Positions 55,745 to 64,000 of a stretch of 64,000 bases of DNA are shown one piece after another (position 1 is the stretch's first letter; each line of letters begins with the position of its first letter). Source of the stretch: Lysobacteraceae bacterium (GTDB taxonomy: Bacteria > Pseudomonadota > Gammaproteobacteria > Xanthomonadales > Xanthomonadaceae); contig JAWLAV010000015.1 in NCBI GenBank assembly GCA_041395225.1, positions 2,892 through 66,891 of the forward strand. Reading direction: 5' to 3'. The translations under genes were made by a program, and so were the position numbers. The notes under the pieces were generated by a model. That model was not told the origin of the DNA and searched no databases. It was given only the letters and a program-made list of their open reading frames with translations.

Positions 55745-57618
55745 TGGATCCCCGGTTACTGCGCCACTACAACCAGGAACTTCAGCACCTGCGCGAAATG
55801 GGTGCGGAGTTCGCCAAGCAATTCCCGAAGATCGCCGCGCGCCTCACGATGGATGGCGTGGAAGTGGCCGATCCTTACGTGGAGCGGCTGCTGGAAGGCA
55901 CGGCCTTCCTCGCCGCGCGCGTGCAGTTGAAGCTGGACGAAGAGTTTCCGCGCTTCACCCAGCGCATGTTGCAGATCGTGCATCCGCACGCGCTCGATCC
56001 CACGCCTTCCATGCTGGTGGCGCAACTCGAACCGGAAGTGGACAACCCGGCGCTGAAAACCGGCGCGCTGGTGCCGCGCGGCACCGCGATGACCGGGCGC
56101 AAGCCGCCGGGCGAAACCACTGCCTGCGAGTTCCGCACCGGGCAGGATGTGCGGCTGTGGCCGGTGAAGATGGAGCAGGCGCGTTACCTCGCCCATGCCG
56201 GGGAATTGCCGCTGGCCGGATTGCCCTATGCGCGCCGCGTGAAGGGCGCGTTGAGGATGAGGCTGCAGACCGGTGCGGGCATTCCGTTCTCGGAACTGGC
56301 GATGGACAAGCTGCGGCTGTACTTCGCCGGCGGTGAAGAGATCGCCTTCAAGCTGCACGAGCTTTGCACCGGCAATGTGCTGGGCGTGATCGTGTCCGAT
56401 GGCAAGCGCACCGGCGGCCAGCGCGAAGTATTGCCCGCCTCGGCGGTGTCGCTGGCCGGGTTCGACGATGAAGAAGCCTTGCTGCCGGTCACGCTGCGTT
56501 CGTTCCAGGGCCATCGCCTGCTGCGCGAGTACTACGCCTTCCCCCAGCGCTTCCTGTTTGCGGATATCGACGGGCTGGCCCCCGTGCTGGCGAAGTTTCC
56601 CGGCAAGCAGATCGACATCGACATCCTGCTGTCCGATGGCGTGGGTGCGCTGGAGCAGCAGGTGTCCGAAGACAACGTGCTGTTGAATTGCACGCCTGCG
56701 ATCAACCTGTTCCCCAAACGCGCCGGGCGCACGCTGGTGACCGAAGGCACGCACGATTTTCACGTCGTGGTGGATCGCGCAAGGCCGCTGGATTTCGAGG
56801 TGCATTCCCTGGTGGATGTGCGCGGCTTTGCCGCCGGCAACGATGGCGAACAGGCGTTTCATCCACTCTATGCCGCTTACCACCGCGAGCCTTCCGGCGT
56901 GGATGCGTTTTACGTGATGCAGCGCGAGCCGCGCCTGATGTCCGAGCAGGGCAAGCGCAAGGGGTTTCGTTCCGGTTACATCGGCAGCGAGGTCTTCGTC
57001 TCCATCGTGGATCGCAACGAAGCGCCGTGGCCGAAGGAATTGAAGCAGCTTTCCTTCAACACGCTGTGCAGCAACCGCGACCTGCCGCTGCTGATGCCCG
57101 TGGGCGGCACGCGCGGCGATCTGGAACTGGATCACGCCGCGCCCGTGGCCAAGGTGCGCTGCGTGAAAGGCCCATCGCGCCCGCACGCGCCCAGCTTCGA
57201 CGCGGGCCTGCATTGGCGCAGCATCAGCCAGCTTTCGCAAAGCTATCTCTCCATTCTGGATGCCAGCCCGGAGGAAGGCGCGGCAGCGTTGCGCAGCCTG
57301 TTGGCACTGAATGCGCCAGTGGAGGATGCGGCCACGCGCAATCAGATCGCAGGCGTGATGTCGGTGAAATCCGCACAGGTCGTGCGGCGCTTGCCGATGG
57401 CCGGCCCGATCGCCTTCGGGCGCGGGCTGAAGGTGGAGGTTTCGGTGGACGAGATGGCCTTCTCCGGCGGCAGCGCCTACCTCCTGGGCTGCGTGCTGGA
57501 TGTATTCTTCGCGCGCCACGTATCGATCAATTCCGTGGTCGAAACCGCGCTCGACAGCGGCGCACGCGGGGGGATCTACCACGGCCCACCGCGCTGCGGC
57601 GCGCGCCGGATCGGATGA
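55744..57618 (+). CDS. tssF: Type VI secretion baseplate subunit TssF
   Basis: The N-terminus MDPRLLRHYNQELQHLREMGAEFAKQFPKIAARL is the hallmark of TssF/ImpG; 624 aa. The start overlaps the tssE stop. Confidence 0.9.
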   Translation: MDPRLLRHYNQELQHLREMGAEFAKQFPKIAARLTMDGVEVADPYVERLLEGTAFLAARVQLKLDEEFPRFTQRMLQIVHPHALDPTPSMLVAQLEPEVDNPALKTGALVPRGTAMTGRKPPGETTACEFRTGQDVRLWPVKMEQARYLAHAGELPLAGLPYARRVKGALRMRLQTGAGIPFSELAMDKLRLYFAGGEEIAFKLHELCTGNVLGVIVSDGKRTGGQREVLPASAVSLAGFDDEEALLPVTLRSFQGHRLLREYYAFPQRFLFADIDGLAPVLAKFPGKQIDIDILLSDGVGALEQQVSEDNVLLNCTPAINLFPKRAGRTLVTEGTHDFHVVVDRARPLDFEVHSLVDVRGFAAGNDGEQAFHPLYAAYHREPSGVDAFYVMQREPRLMSEQGKRKGFRSGYIGSEVFVSIVDRNEAPWPKELKQLSFNTLCSNRDLPLLMPVGGTRGDLELDHAAPVAKVRCVKGPSRPHAPSFDAGLHWRSISQLSQSYLSILDASPEEGAAALRSLLALNAPVEDAATRNQIAGVMSVKSAQVVRRLPMAGPIAFGRGLKVEVSVDEMAFSGGSAYLLGCVLDVFFARHVSINSVVETALDSGARGGIYHGPPRCGARRIG

Positions 57619-57625
57619 TGCGGCG

Positions 57626-58756
57626 ATGAGTGGCGAGGCGCCCAAAGAAGAGGGAGCCATGGAAGATTCCGTCGCATCGGAATCTTCTGCTGCGCTTTCT
57701 CCGCGTCTGGCCGAACAGGCGAAGCTGACGGCGTGGCTGGAAGAAGTTCGACAAGCACCCTACGACTACGATTTCTTCCAGTTGCTGCGAAGAATCGAAG
57801 CGATGACACCGCACTGGCCCAGGCTCGGTCACGCCTTCCGCCCGGTGGACGAACCGGTGCGCGTGGGGCAGGACGTTTCGCTCAGCTTCGCCCAAGCCAC
57901 CGTCGCTTCGCTCGACATGGACGATGGCCCGCATGCGCCGCTGCTGCTGCAACGCGCCTTCGGACTGCTTGGCCCGAATGGCCCGATGCCGTTGCACCTC
58001 ACCGAATTCGCCCGCGAACGGTTGCTGCACCATGGCGATGCAACCTTCGCGCGCTTCCTCGATCTGTTCACCCACCGCTTCGCGCTGCTGTTCTTCCGCG
58101 CCTTCGCCACGGGCCGCCCGGCCATCGGGCAGGATCGCCCGGAACAGGATCGCTTTGCCCAGTACATCGGCACCATGCTCGGCCTGGGTGATACGCCGTT
58201 CGAACACCGCGATGCCGCGCCCGATCACGCCAAGCGTTTCTTTGCCGGCCACTACGCCTCGCACACCAGAAGGCCCGATGGTCTGGCCGGAATCCTGTGC
58301 GGCTATTTCGAATTGCCGGTGAAAGTGGAACCGTTCCACGGCCGCTGGATGCGCCTGCCGCCGGAAGACTGGCTACGCCTGAAGCCCGCGCCTCCGGTGC
58401 GACGTGGCGGGTTCGCAGGCGCAGCGCTGGCGCGCGGGGCAGTGCTGGGCAAGACCGTCTGGGATCGCCAGCACGGCTTCCGCATCCGCATCGGCCCGAC
58501 CGATCTTTCCGCCTACCTGCGTTTCATTCCCGGTGGCGATGGCCTGCCCGCGCTGGTGGCGTTCGCGCGCCAATACCTCAACCGCGAACTGGACTGGAGC
58601 CTGCAACTGATCCTGCGTCAGGAAGAAGTGCCGAAGCTGCGGCTCTCGCGCGGATTGCGTTTGGGCTACACGACCTGGCTCGGCCACTACCGCCGTGGCC
58701 GCGATGCGGATGACCTCACCTTCGACGCCGAAGCGCGCGTGCCGCTGCAGAATTGA
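57626..58756 (+). CDS. tssG: Type VI secretion baseplate subunit TssG
   Basis: Start ATG 57626 inside track ORF 57500..58756. YDYDFFQLLRRIEA...VRVGQDVSLSFA...GLLGPNGPMPLHLTE is the TssG/ImpH pattern. Confidence 0.85.
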   Translation: MSGEAPKEEGAMEDSVASESSAALSPRLAEQAKLTAWLEEVRQAPYDYDFFQLLRRIEAMTPHWPRLGHAFRPVDEPVRVGQDVSLSFAQATVASLDMDDGPHAPLLLQRAFGLLGPNGPMPLHLTEFARERLLHHGDATFARFLDLFTHRFALLFFRAFATGRPAIGQDRPEQDRFAQYIGTMLGLGDTPFEHRDAAPDHAKRFFAGHYASHTRRPDGLAGILCGYFELPVKVEPFHGRWMRLPPEDWLRLKPAPPVRRGGFAGAALARGAVLGKTVWDRQHGFRIRIGPTDLSAYLRFIPGGDGLPALVAFARQYLNRELDWSLQLILRQEEVPKLRLSRGLRLGYTTWLGHYRRGRDADDLTFDAEARVPLQN

Positions 58757-58984
58757 ATCGGTATCGTTTCGAGGAGCGCAGTTGCGGCATAACCTGGATC
58801 ATCCATGGGCGGCGGCAATCCGAGGGAGGATTTCCTCCCTTGGTCGTGGTTGGGGATGGAACGATCAATCAGGGAATCGGATCGAGTCTGCTCCCAGGCA
58901 GCGGGTGACGGAAAGATACTTCCGCAAAGAAAGACAGTTGCTCCCACGGGGACAGTCGGCTGTCGGTCATCTAAGCGCGACAGG

Positions 58985-60328
58985 CTACGAAAGCGTGGGA
59001 AACGCCAGCACCACGCTGAAACCGCCTTCGCCCTCGATCCGCGCACTGCCACCATGCGCGGCAGCGACGGAGGCGACCAGGGCCAATCCCAAGCCGTTGC
59101 CCGGTGTCGAACGCGAACGTTCGCTGCGGGCGAAGCGATGGAACAACCGGCGTGCTTCCGCCGCTTCCACGCCGGGGCCGTTGTCCGAGACTGCGATCTG
59201 CACTGCGCCTTGCACGCGCTGGGCGGTGAGTGAAACCTTCGTGCCCGCTGGCGTGTGCCGCAGGCTGTTGTCCAGCAGGTTCGCCAGTACCTGACTCAAC
59301 AGGCGGCGATCCCCGCTCAACGTCAGCCCCGGTTCGATTTCACAATGCAGCGCATGGTCGCTGTCTTCCATGTCCGGGCGATAGGTTTCGGCCATCTGTT
59401 CGATCAGGCCGGAAACATCCACGCTCTCGCGCGGCAGGCGTTCGGCCATGCCTTCGATTTCGGCGATGCGCAGGATGGCGGAGAACAGATTGAGCAACTC
59501 CGCCGCCTCATCGCGCGCCGCTTCGATGCGATGGGTTTTCTGCGCAGCATCCAGCTCCTCGATGGCGCGATCCAGTTGGTGATAAAGGCGCGTCAACGGC
59601 GTGCGCAGATCGTGCGCCACGTCGCTGGAAACTTCCCGCAGGTTTTCGATGAGGCCACCGATACGATCCAGCATCCGGTTCAGCACGTCGGCCAACCGGT
59701 CGAACTCGCTGCCCGATCCATCGCGCGGAACCCGGCGCGAGAAATCGCCCGCCAGGATGCCCAGCGCGGTGTTTTCGATGCGTGCCAGGCGCCGCTGCGT
59801 CGTCACGCCGATCAGCGCCGCCGAACCCATGCCGACCAGTGTCAGCGCGATCAGCGCCGAGACAAAAAGGAGGATGAACTGGCGATCGATCGCATCCAGT
59901 TCTTCACGGTCGGCGGCGACCACCAACAGCCCGCCGGGAATGGGTGTGGCCATCGCCCGCGCCTCGCTTTGCCGGCCTTGGCGCCGGTAATGGAGGTGTT
60001 CCGTATAGCCGGGCTTCACGGGTGAATCGGGTTGCATGGTGGAAGCCAGCACTTGGCCGGCATCATCCAGCACCAGATAGACCAGGCTCGCGCTGGAACG
60101 CGCGGAATCGCGCCGGCGTATTTCCGCCGCCAGTGCCGAAATATCGCCATCGTCCGTCCTGCCCAGCAAGGCCTCGGTTTCCACCTCCACCCGGCGATCC
60201 AGTTGCTCTTCGATGGCTTCGTGCGCCAGCCACGAAGCGGCAGTACCGATGACGAGTGTGGCCAGTACGAACCCCAGCGCCACCATCGCCGACAGTCCGA
60301 ACGTGGATCGCCACAAGCGCGCAATCAT
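58985..60328 (-). CDS. Two-component sensor histidine kinase (HAMP-HisKA-HATPase)
   Basis: Trimmed to ATG 60328 (MIARLWRSTFGLSAMVALGFVL...). H box SSDVAHDLRTPLT, N box LANLLDNSLRH and GNGLGLALV are present. The start overlaps the regulator stop by 1 nt (TGATG). Confidence 0.85.
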   Translation of the reverse strand: MIARLWRSTFGLSAMVALGFVLATLVIGTAASWLAHEAIEEQLDRRVEVETEALLGRTDDGDISALAAEIRRRDSARSSASLVYLVLDDAGQVLASTMQPDSPVKPGYTEHLHYRRQGRQSEARAMATPIPGGLLVVAADREELDAIDRQFILLFVSALIALTLVGMGSAALIGVTTQRRLARIENTALGILAGDFSRRVPRDGSGSEFDRLADVLNRMLDRIGGLIENLREVSSDVAHDLRTPLTRLYHQLDRAIEELDAAQKTHRIEAARDEAAELLNLFSAILRIAEIEGMAERLPRESVDVSGLIEQMAETYRPDMEDSDHALHCEIEPGLTLSGDRRLLSQVLANLLDNSLRHTPAGTKVSLTAQRVQGAVQIAVSDNGPGVEAAEARRLFHRFARSERSRSTPGNGLGLALVASVAAAHGGSARIEGEGGFSVVLAFPTLS

Positions 60329-61002
60329 CAGATGGCCCGCATGATGTAACCGGCACCGCGCACGGTTTCGATGGGGTCGAACTGGAAACCTTCGTTGAGC
60401 TTGGCGCGCAGGCGGCTGACGTGGGTTTCCACCAGATTGGTTTTCGGGTCGAAGTCGAAATCCCACACACGTTCCAGCAGCATCGTGCGCGTCATCACGC
60501 GGTGCGGATTGCGCATCAGTTCGGCCAGCAGCGCGAACTCGCGCGGCTGGAGCAGGATGCGCCGCCCCGCGCGCTCCACGCTGCGCCGGTGCAGATCCAG
60601 CACGATGTCGCCCAGAATCAGCCGGTGCGGATCGGCGCGGCCCGCGGTGCGGCGGGCCAGCGCATGGATGCGGGCGGTCAGTTCGGGGAGCGCGAACGGC
60701 TTGACCAGATAATCGTCCGTTCCGGCATCCAGCCCTTCCACACGATCGGCGATGCCGCCCACAGCGGTGAGCATCAGCACCGGCGTCGTGTTGTTTTCCC
60801 CGCGCAGGCGGCGCACCAAGGCCAGCCCATTCAAGCCCGGCAACATGCGATCCACCACCAGCACGTCGAACACGCCGCGCATGGCCTGTACCAGGCCATC
60901 CTGCCCGTTGTGGCAGGCCATCACTTCATGCCCAAGCGCCTTCAGCCCCCGCGTGATGAAGTGGCTGGTATCGACATCATCCTCGACGATCAGGATTCGC
61001 AT
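60328..61002 (-). CDS. OmpR-family response regulator
   Basis: Trimmed to ATG 61002 (MRILIVEDDVD...). It has a receiver domain (VVDRMLPGLNG) and a winged-helix output domain (LLQPREFALLAELMRN...RTMLLERVW...VETHVSRLRAKL). Confidence 0.9.
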   Translation of the reverse strand: MRILIVEDDVDTSHFITRGLKALGHEVMACHNGQDGLVQAMRGVFDVLVVDRMLPGLNGLALVRRLRGENNTTPVLMLTAVGGIADRVEGLDAGTDDYLVKPFALPELTARIHALARRTAGRADPHRLILGDIVLDLHRRSVERAGRRILLQPREFALLAELMRNPHRVMTRTMLLERVWDFDFDPKTNLVETHVSRLRAKLNEGFQFDPIETVRGAGYIMRAI

Positions 61003-61267
61003 GAGGTTTCGTTGTGCGATGGCGTTTGTTGCCTGGAACGGCAGCATAACGTGGCGCATTCCACAGGGTTCGCGGCGCTTTTATACCGATTGGTAAGGTT
61101 CGGGCTTCGCGCGAAAACCGGCTACCAGACTCTGTTGCCCATCATGGGTAACTCGGAGCGAGTGTGGGTTCGATACACGAGTGTGGCAAGGCACCAAACA
61201 GGCAAGACGCGCGGCATGTTCCTTCTCCCGCGACAGCGCATCGCACGCCCTGGCAGCCATCGTGAAG

Positions 61268-62866
61268 ATGACCGCCAACCGCTTGTGCCTGCTGGTTGCA
61301 GGCTGGATCGTGCTCACCGCGATGGGGGCTTTCTGGCAACTGTTTGTGAAGCATCAGGGCGGCTTCTGGCAGGTGTGGGTGTTCGCGGTTTCGCTCGCGC
61401 TGGCGCTCACCGGCCTCAACCTGTTCCTGCTGCGCATCCTTTCGCCCGGACGCAGCCTGCGCATCATGTTGAGCGTAGTGCTGGTGGTGACCGCGCTCGA
61501 CAGTTGGTTCATGGATTCCTTCGGCGTGGCGATCGATGTGGACATGCTGCGCAACGCCATCGAAACCGACGTGGCCGAGGCCAGCGACTTAATCGGCCTG
61601 CCCATGTTCTGGCGTCTGCTGTGGCAAGCCGGATTGCCGATTGCCTTCATCTGGTGGGTGCGCCTGCCGCCTTCGGGCTGGTTGCGTTCGGCGCGCGATT
61701 ACACCCTCGGCGCATTGGCCGGGTTGGCATTGCTGTTCGGCGCGGCGTTGCCGGTGTATTCGAGTTACGCCTCGTACTTCCGCAACAACGAACTGGCCCG
61801 TTACCTGATCGCGCCGGCCAATCTGGTGACGGCCTCGCTCTCGCTCGCGCACAAGGCGGTGCAGGCCAGAAAGCCATTCGTGAAGGTTGGTGAGGACGCA
61901 CATCGCATCACCGTGCCGGGGCGAAAGCCCTTGCTCACCGTGTTCGTCATCGGCGAAACCGCGCGCGCGGCCAATTTCTCGCTTGGCGGATACGAGCGCA
62001 ACACCAATCCGCTGCTGACCCAGCGTGATGTTTTCTACTTCAAGAGTGTGCGCAGTTGCGGCACGTCCACTGCCGTTTCCGTGCCGTGCATGTTCTCGGT
62101 GCTGCCGCGCGATGAGTTCAATCTGTCCGAAGCCAGACGCCGCGATTCGGTGCTGGACATCCTGCAACGCGCCGGAATGGCGGTGACCTGGGTGGAGAAC
62201 CAGGTTAGTTGCAAGGGCGTTTGCGACCGCGTTCCGATGCACATGGGCCGCGACTATCACCCTGAATCCTGCGAGGACGGCGAGTGCCTGGACGACACGC
62301 TACTGGTCGCACTCGCCGATCTGTTGCCGAAAACCACCATGGATGCCGCGATCTTCCTGCATACCATGGGCAGCCACGGGCCGACTTACCATAGCCGCGT
62401 CACGCCCGACCGCGAAGTCTTCAAGCCCATCTGCCCCACGCAGCGCATCGAAACCTGCACCGATGCGCAGATCATCAACTCCTACGACAACTCCATCGTT
62501 TACACCGATTACATCCTGGACAGCCTCATCGGGCAGCTCACCGCGCAGCAGGATCGGCTTGATGCCGTGCTGGTGTATGTCTCCGACCACGGCGAATCCC
62601 TTGGGGAAGGCGGCTTGTACCTGCACGGCCAGCCCTACCTGTTCGCACCCGATGTGCAGAAGCAGGTGCCGATGCTGTTCTGGTTCTCCACCGATGCGCC
62701 TGCGCGGCTTGGATTGGATACGAACTGCCTGCGCGAGCGCTTGCAGGATCCCATCTCGCACGACCATGTCGCCCACACCCTGATGGGCCTCAACGACGTG
62801 CAAACCGCAGTCTATCGCCCGCAATTCGATTTGCTGAAAGGTTGCCGCGCAGAAGCCGGTTCCTGA
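61268..62866 (+). CDS. eptA: Phosphoethanolamine--lipid A transferase (EptA family)
   Basis: Trimmed to ATG 61268. Five N-terminal TM segments are followed by a sulfatase-type domain with IGETARAANFSLGGY, HTMGSHGPTYHSR and SDHGESLGE. Confidence 0.85.
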   Translation: MTANRLCLLVAGWIVLTAMGAFWQLFVKHQGGFWQVWVFAVSLALALTGLNLFLLRILSPGRSLRIMLSVVLVVTALDSWFMDSFGVAIDVDMLRNAIETDVAEASDLIGLPMFWRLLWQAGLPIAFIWWVRLPPSGWLRSARDYTLGALAGLALLFGAALPVYSSYASYFRNNELARYLIAPANLVTASLSLAHKAVQARKPFVKVGEDAHRITVPGRKPLLTVFVIGETARAANFSLGGYERNTNPLLTQRDVFYFKSVRSCGTSTAVSVPCMFSVLPRDEFNLSEARRRDSVLDILQRAGMAVTWVENQVSCKGVCDRVPMHMGRDYHPESCEDGECLDDTLLVALADLLPKTTMDAAIFLHTMGSHGPTYHSRVTPDREVFKPICPTQRIETCTDAQIINSYDNSIVYTDYILDSLIGQLTAQQDRLDAVLVYVSDHGESLGEGGLYLHGQPYLFAPDVQKQVPMLFWFSTDAPARLGLDTNCLRERLQDPISHDHVAHTLMGLNDVQTAVYRPQFDLLKGCRAEAGS

Positions 62867-62916
62867 AGAGGTGGCTGACGATGCAGCCATCGCGACGGCT
62901 GCGGTTGCTGGTGCAG

Positions 62917-62990
62917 TGGAGCGGGTGAAGGGAATCGAACCCTCGTCAGTAGCTTGGGAAGCTACAGCTCTACCATTGAGCTACACCCGC
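62917..62990 (-). tRNA. tRNA-Gly (anticodon CCC), CCA encoded
   Basis: The reverse complement GCGGGTGTAGCTCAATGGTAGAGCTGTAGCTTCCCAAGCTACTGACGAGGGTTCGATTCCCTTCACCCGCTCCA folds as a cloverleaf: 7-bp acceptor stem, GCTC/GAGC D stem, GTAGC/GCTAC anticodon stem with loop TTCCCAA, and a GAGGG/CCCTT T stem. Confidence 0.9.
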
Positions 62991-63103
62991 ATGGTGACTG
63001 GCCTGATGCGGCGCGGACGTTGAACGGTGCCTGCGAGGCGGCGATGATACCAGCCCCTTGCGCTGCGGCAATCGCGCAGCCTTCGCTTTCCGCGTGAATC
63101 CAC

Positions 63104-63304
63104 ATGCAAATCGTATTGAATGGCCGCAGCACCGAAGTTCCCAATGGCATCGACGTGGCGGGGTTGCTCCAGTTCCTTGGTCACGGCGAAAAGCGCGTGG
63201 CGGTGGAGGTGAACGGCGGCATCGTGCCGCGCAGTGCCCATGCCGGCACCCATCTGCACGAGGGTGATCGCGTGGAACTGGTACATGCCATGGGCGGCGG
63301 ATAG
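63104..63304 (+). CDS. thiS: Sulfur-carrier protein ThiS
   Basis: A 66-aa protein, MQIVLNGRSTEVPNG...VAVEVNGGIVPRS...GDRVELVHAMGGG, ending in the GG carboxy-terminus. No thiG follows it. Confidence 0.85.
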   Translation: MQIVLNGRSTEVPNGIDVAGLLQFLGHGEKRVAVEVNGGIVPRSAHAGTHLHEGDRVELVHAMGGG

Positions 63305-63392
63305 CGTGGGCTTTCCGGCACGTTGATCTTGCGGGAAACCGCAAAAACTGCCGGGAGCGAGTTTTTGACATCGCGCAGCGATGGCCCGAAGG

Positions 63393-63453
63393 GTTGCCGC
63401 CATGGATGGCGGCAACAAAGAACAGGCCGCCCCGGAAACCCGGAGCGGCCTGT
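63393..63453. terminator. Tandem hairpins between thiS and the convergent downstream gene
   Basis: One hairpin is GTTGCCGCC-ATGGAT-GGCGGCAAC (63393-63416). The other is ACAGGCCGC...GCGGCCTGT (63422-63453) and is followed on the minus strand by TCTTTGTT. Confidence 0.45.
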
Positions 63454-63477
63454 GGATTGCATCTGCAAATGAATAGA

Positions 63478-64000
63478 TCAGGCGTTGCTGCCGCGACGCA
63501 TCACCACGGCGGCCACCATCAGGAACAGGCCGGCGAGGATGCCAAGACCGATCCGGTTGTTGCTGGGAACGACCGCGACTACCGGCGTGTTGGTGCCGGC
63601 CGGTGGCACGACGGATGAGCCGAAGCCGTCCACGTACACGTAACCGCCGTGGCCAGTCTGCGAGCAGTCCGCTGCGACGATGGTCAGTTCGATGTCTTCG
63701 CCGATGTCGGCCAGCGTCAGGGTGGCATCGACGTTCTGGAAGGGCAGGAACTTCCAGCTTCCGGTGCCGTTCTCGAACGGTACGCCCGCCTGGCCGGAGT
63801 AGGTGAACTGCTCGAACAGGATGGAGCTGTCCGACACCTTGCGCATCACCACGTAGAAATAGGGCTGCTCGTTCGGCGAGTGGCTGGGGTCGTCCAGCAC
63901 CGGCGCGAAGGAGAAGCGGATGTGCGGCAAACCATCGCCGTTGTCAATGTCCGCGTTGGTGAGAGCATCCTGCTGGGTGAGCGTGGTGACGAGCGCACCT
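63478..64000 (-). CDS. Secreted protein with C-terminal hydrophobic anchor (partial; N-terminus beyond window end)
   Basis: The track start 63930 is TTG, and the frame stays open to 64000 (...GALVTTLTQQDALTNADIDNGDGLPHIRF...). The C-terminus IGLGILAGLFLMVAAVVMRRGSNA is a TM segment plus a basic tail, like a C-terminal sorting signal. Confidence 0.6.
   Translation of the reverse strand, partial: GALVTTLTQQDALTNADIDNGDGLPHIRFSFAPVLDDPSHSPNEQPYFYVVMRKVSDSSILFEQFTYSGQAGVPFENGTGSWKFLPFQNVDATLTLADIGEDIELTIVAADCSQTGHGGYVYVDGFGSSVVPPAGTNTPVVAVVPSNNRIGLGILAGLFLMVAAVVMRRGSNA

Noticed and set aside
58757-62990. A classical tRNA-associated genomic island with integrase and att repeats.
   Set aside because: No integrase or recombinase ORF occurs in any frame. 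The only similarity to the tRNA 3' end (GGGAATCGGATCGAG near 58872 versus GGGAATCGAACCCTCG) is short and imperfect.
62991-63103. A TPP (THI-box) riboswitch upstream of thiS.
   Set aside because: I found no CTGAGA or ACCTGATCTGGATAATGCCAGCG-like core in the 113-nt leader.
63478-63570. A link between the C-terminal anchor of the partial secreted protein and the rhomboid protease at 37300..38112 (a rhombosortase / GlyGly-CTERM system).
   Set aside because: The tail lacks the Gly-Gly motif before the TM segment and also lacks a PEP motif. The two genes are 25 kb apart.
1-64000. CRISPR arrays, rRNA genes, IS transposases, prophage genes, and known toxin-antitoxin or restriction-modification genes.
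   Set aside because: I saw no regularly spaced direct repeats. No ORF carries transposase, integrase, capsid, terminase, methyltransferase or nuclease signatures that I could recognise.

Overview
High-GC chromosomal segment. Hand counts of sampled 60-nt lines give about 70% G+C in core genes. The gene content and REP-type repeats look like a gammaproteobacterium of the Xanthomonadales/Lysobacterales type; that placement is inference, not a search result. The window is densely packed with about 60 protein genes, mostly housekeeping or envelope functions: aceE, aceA plus a divergent LysR regulator, glmU, erpA, nudC, mgtE, pepP-ygfB, arfB, pilU, comEA, msrC, thiS, tRNA-Gly(CCC), an ECF sigma/anti-sigma pair, ABC transporters, an OmpR-type two-component system next to eptA, and two c-type cytochromes coupled to an FAD monooxygenase. 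Many long ORFs in the track are antisense or out-of-frame artefacts of high GC; I trimmed or rejected them. Several track ORFs begin at GTG or TTG, so some starts are uncertain. Seven things do not look like ordinary core genome. (1) A ~2.5 kb, lower-GC, two-gene insert (ADP-ribosylglycohydrolase plus a double YbjN/chaperone-like protein) is bracketed by the intact 3' end of the monooxygenase gene and a decayed second copy of that same 3' end. (2) An orphan type VI secretion fragment has two divergently transcribed Hcp paralogues followed by tagJ-tssE-tssF-tssG, with no sheath, ClpV, VgrG or membrane-complex genes anywhere in the 64 kb. (3) A ~165-nt rod-shaped RNA structure sits at the ygfB-pepP divergent position where ssrS (6S RNA) lies in other gammaproteobacteria. 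(4) A 265-bp palindromic MITE-like element with perfect 33-bp termini is wedged between erpA and nudC. (5) A nested-hairpin REP family lies at convergent gene ends. (6) A 1113-aa membrane-anchored ankyrin-repeat protein is translationally coupled to a YcgL-domain gene. (7) A cNMP-binding/FHA protein lies next to a TMEM175-type channel. I saw no CRISPR array, rRNA, transposase, integrase or prophage genes. All family assignments rest on motif recognition from the translated ORFs, not on database searches.
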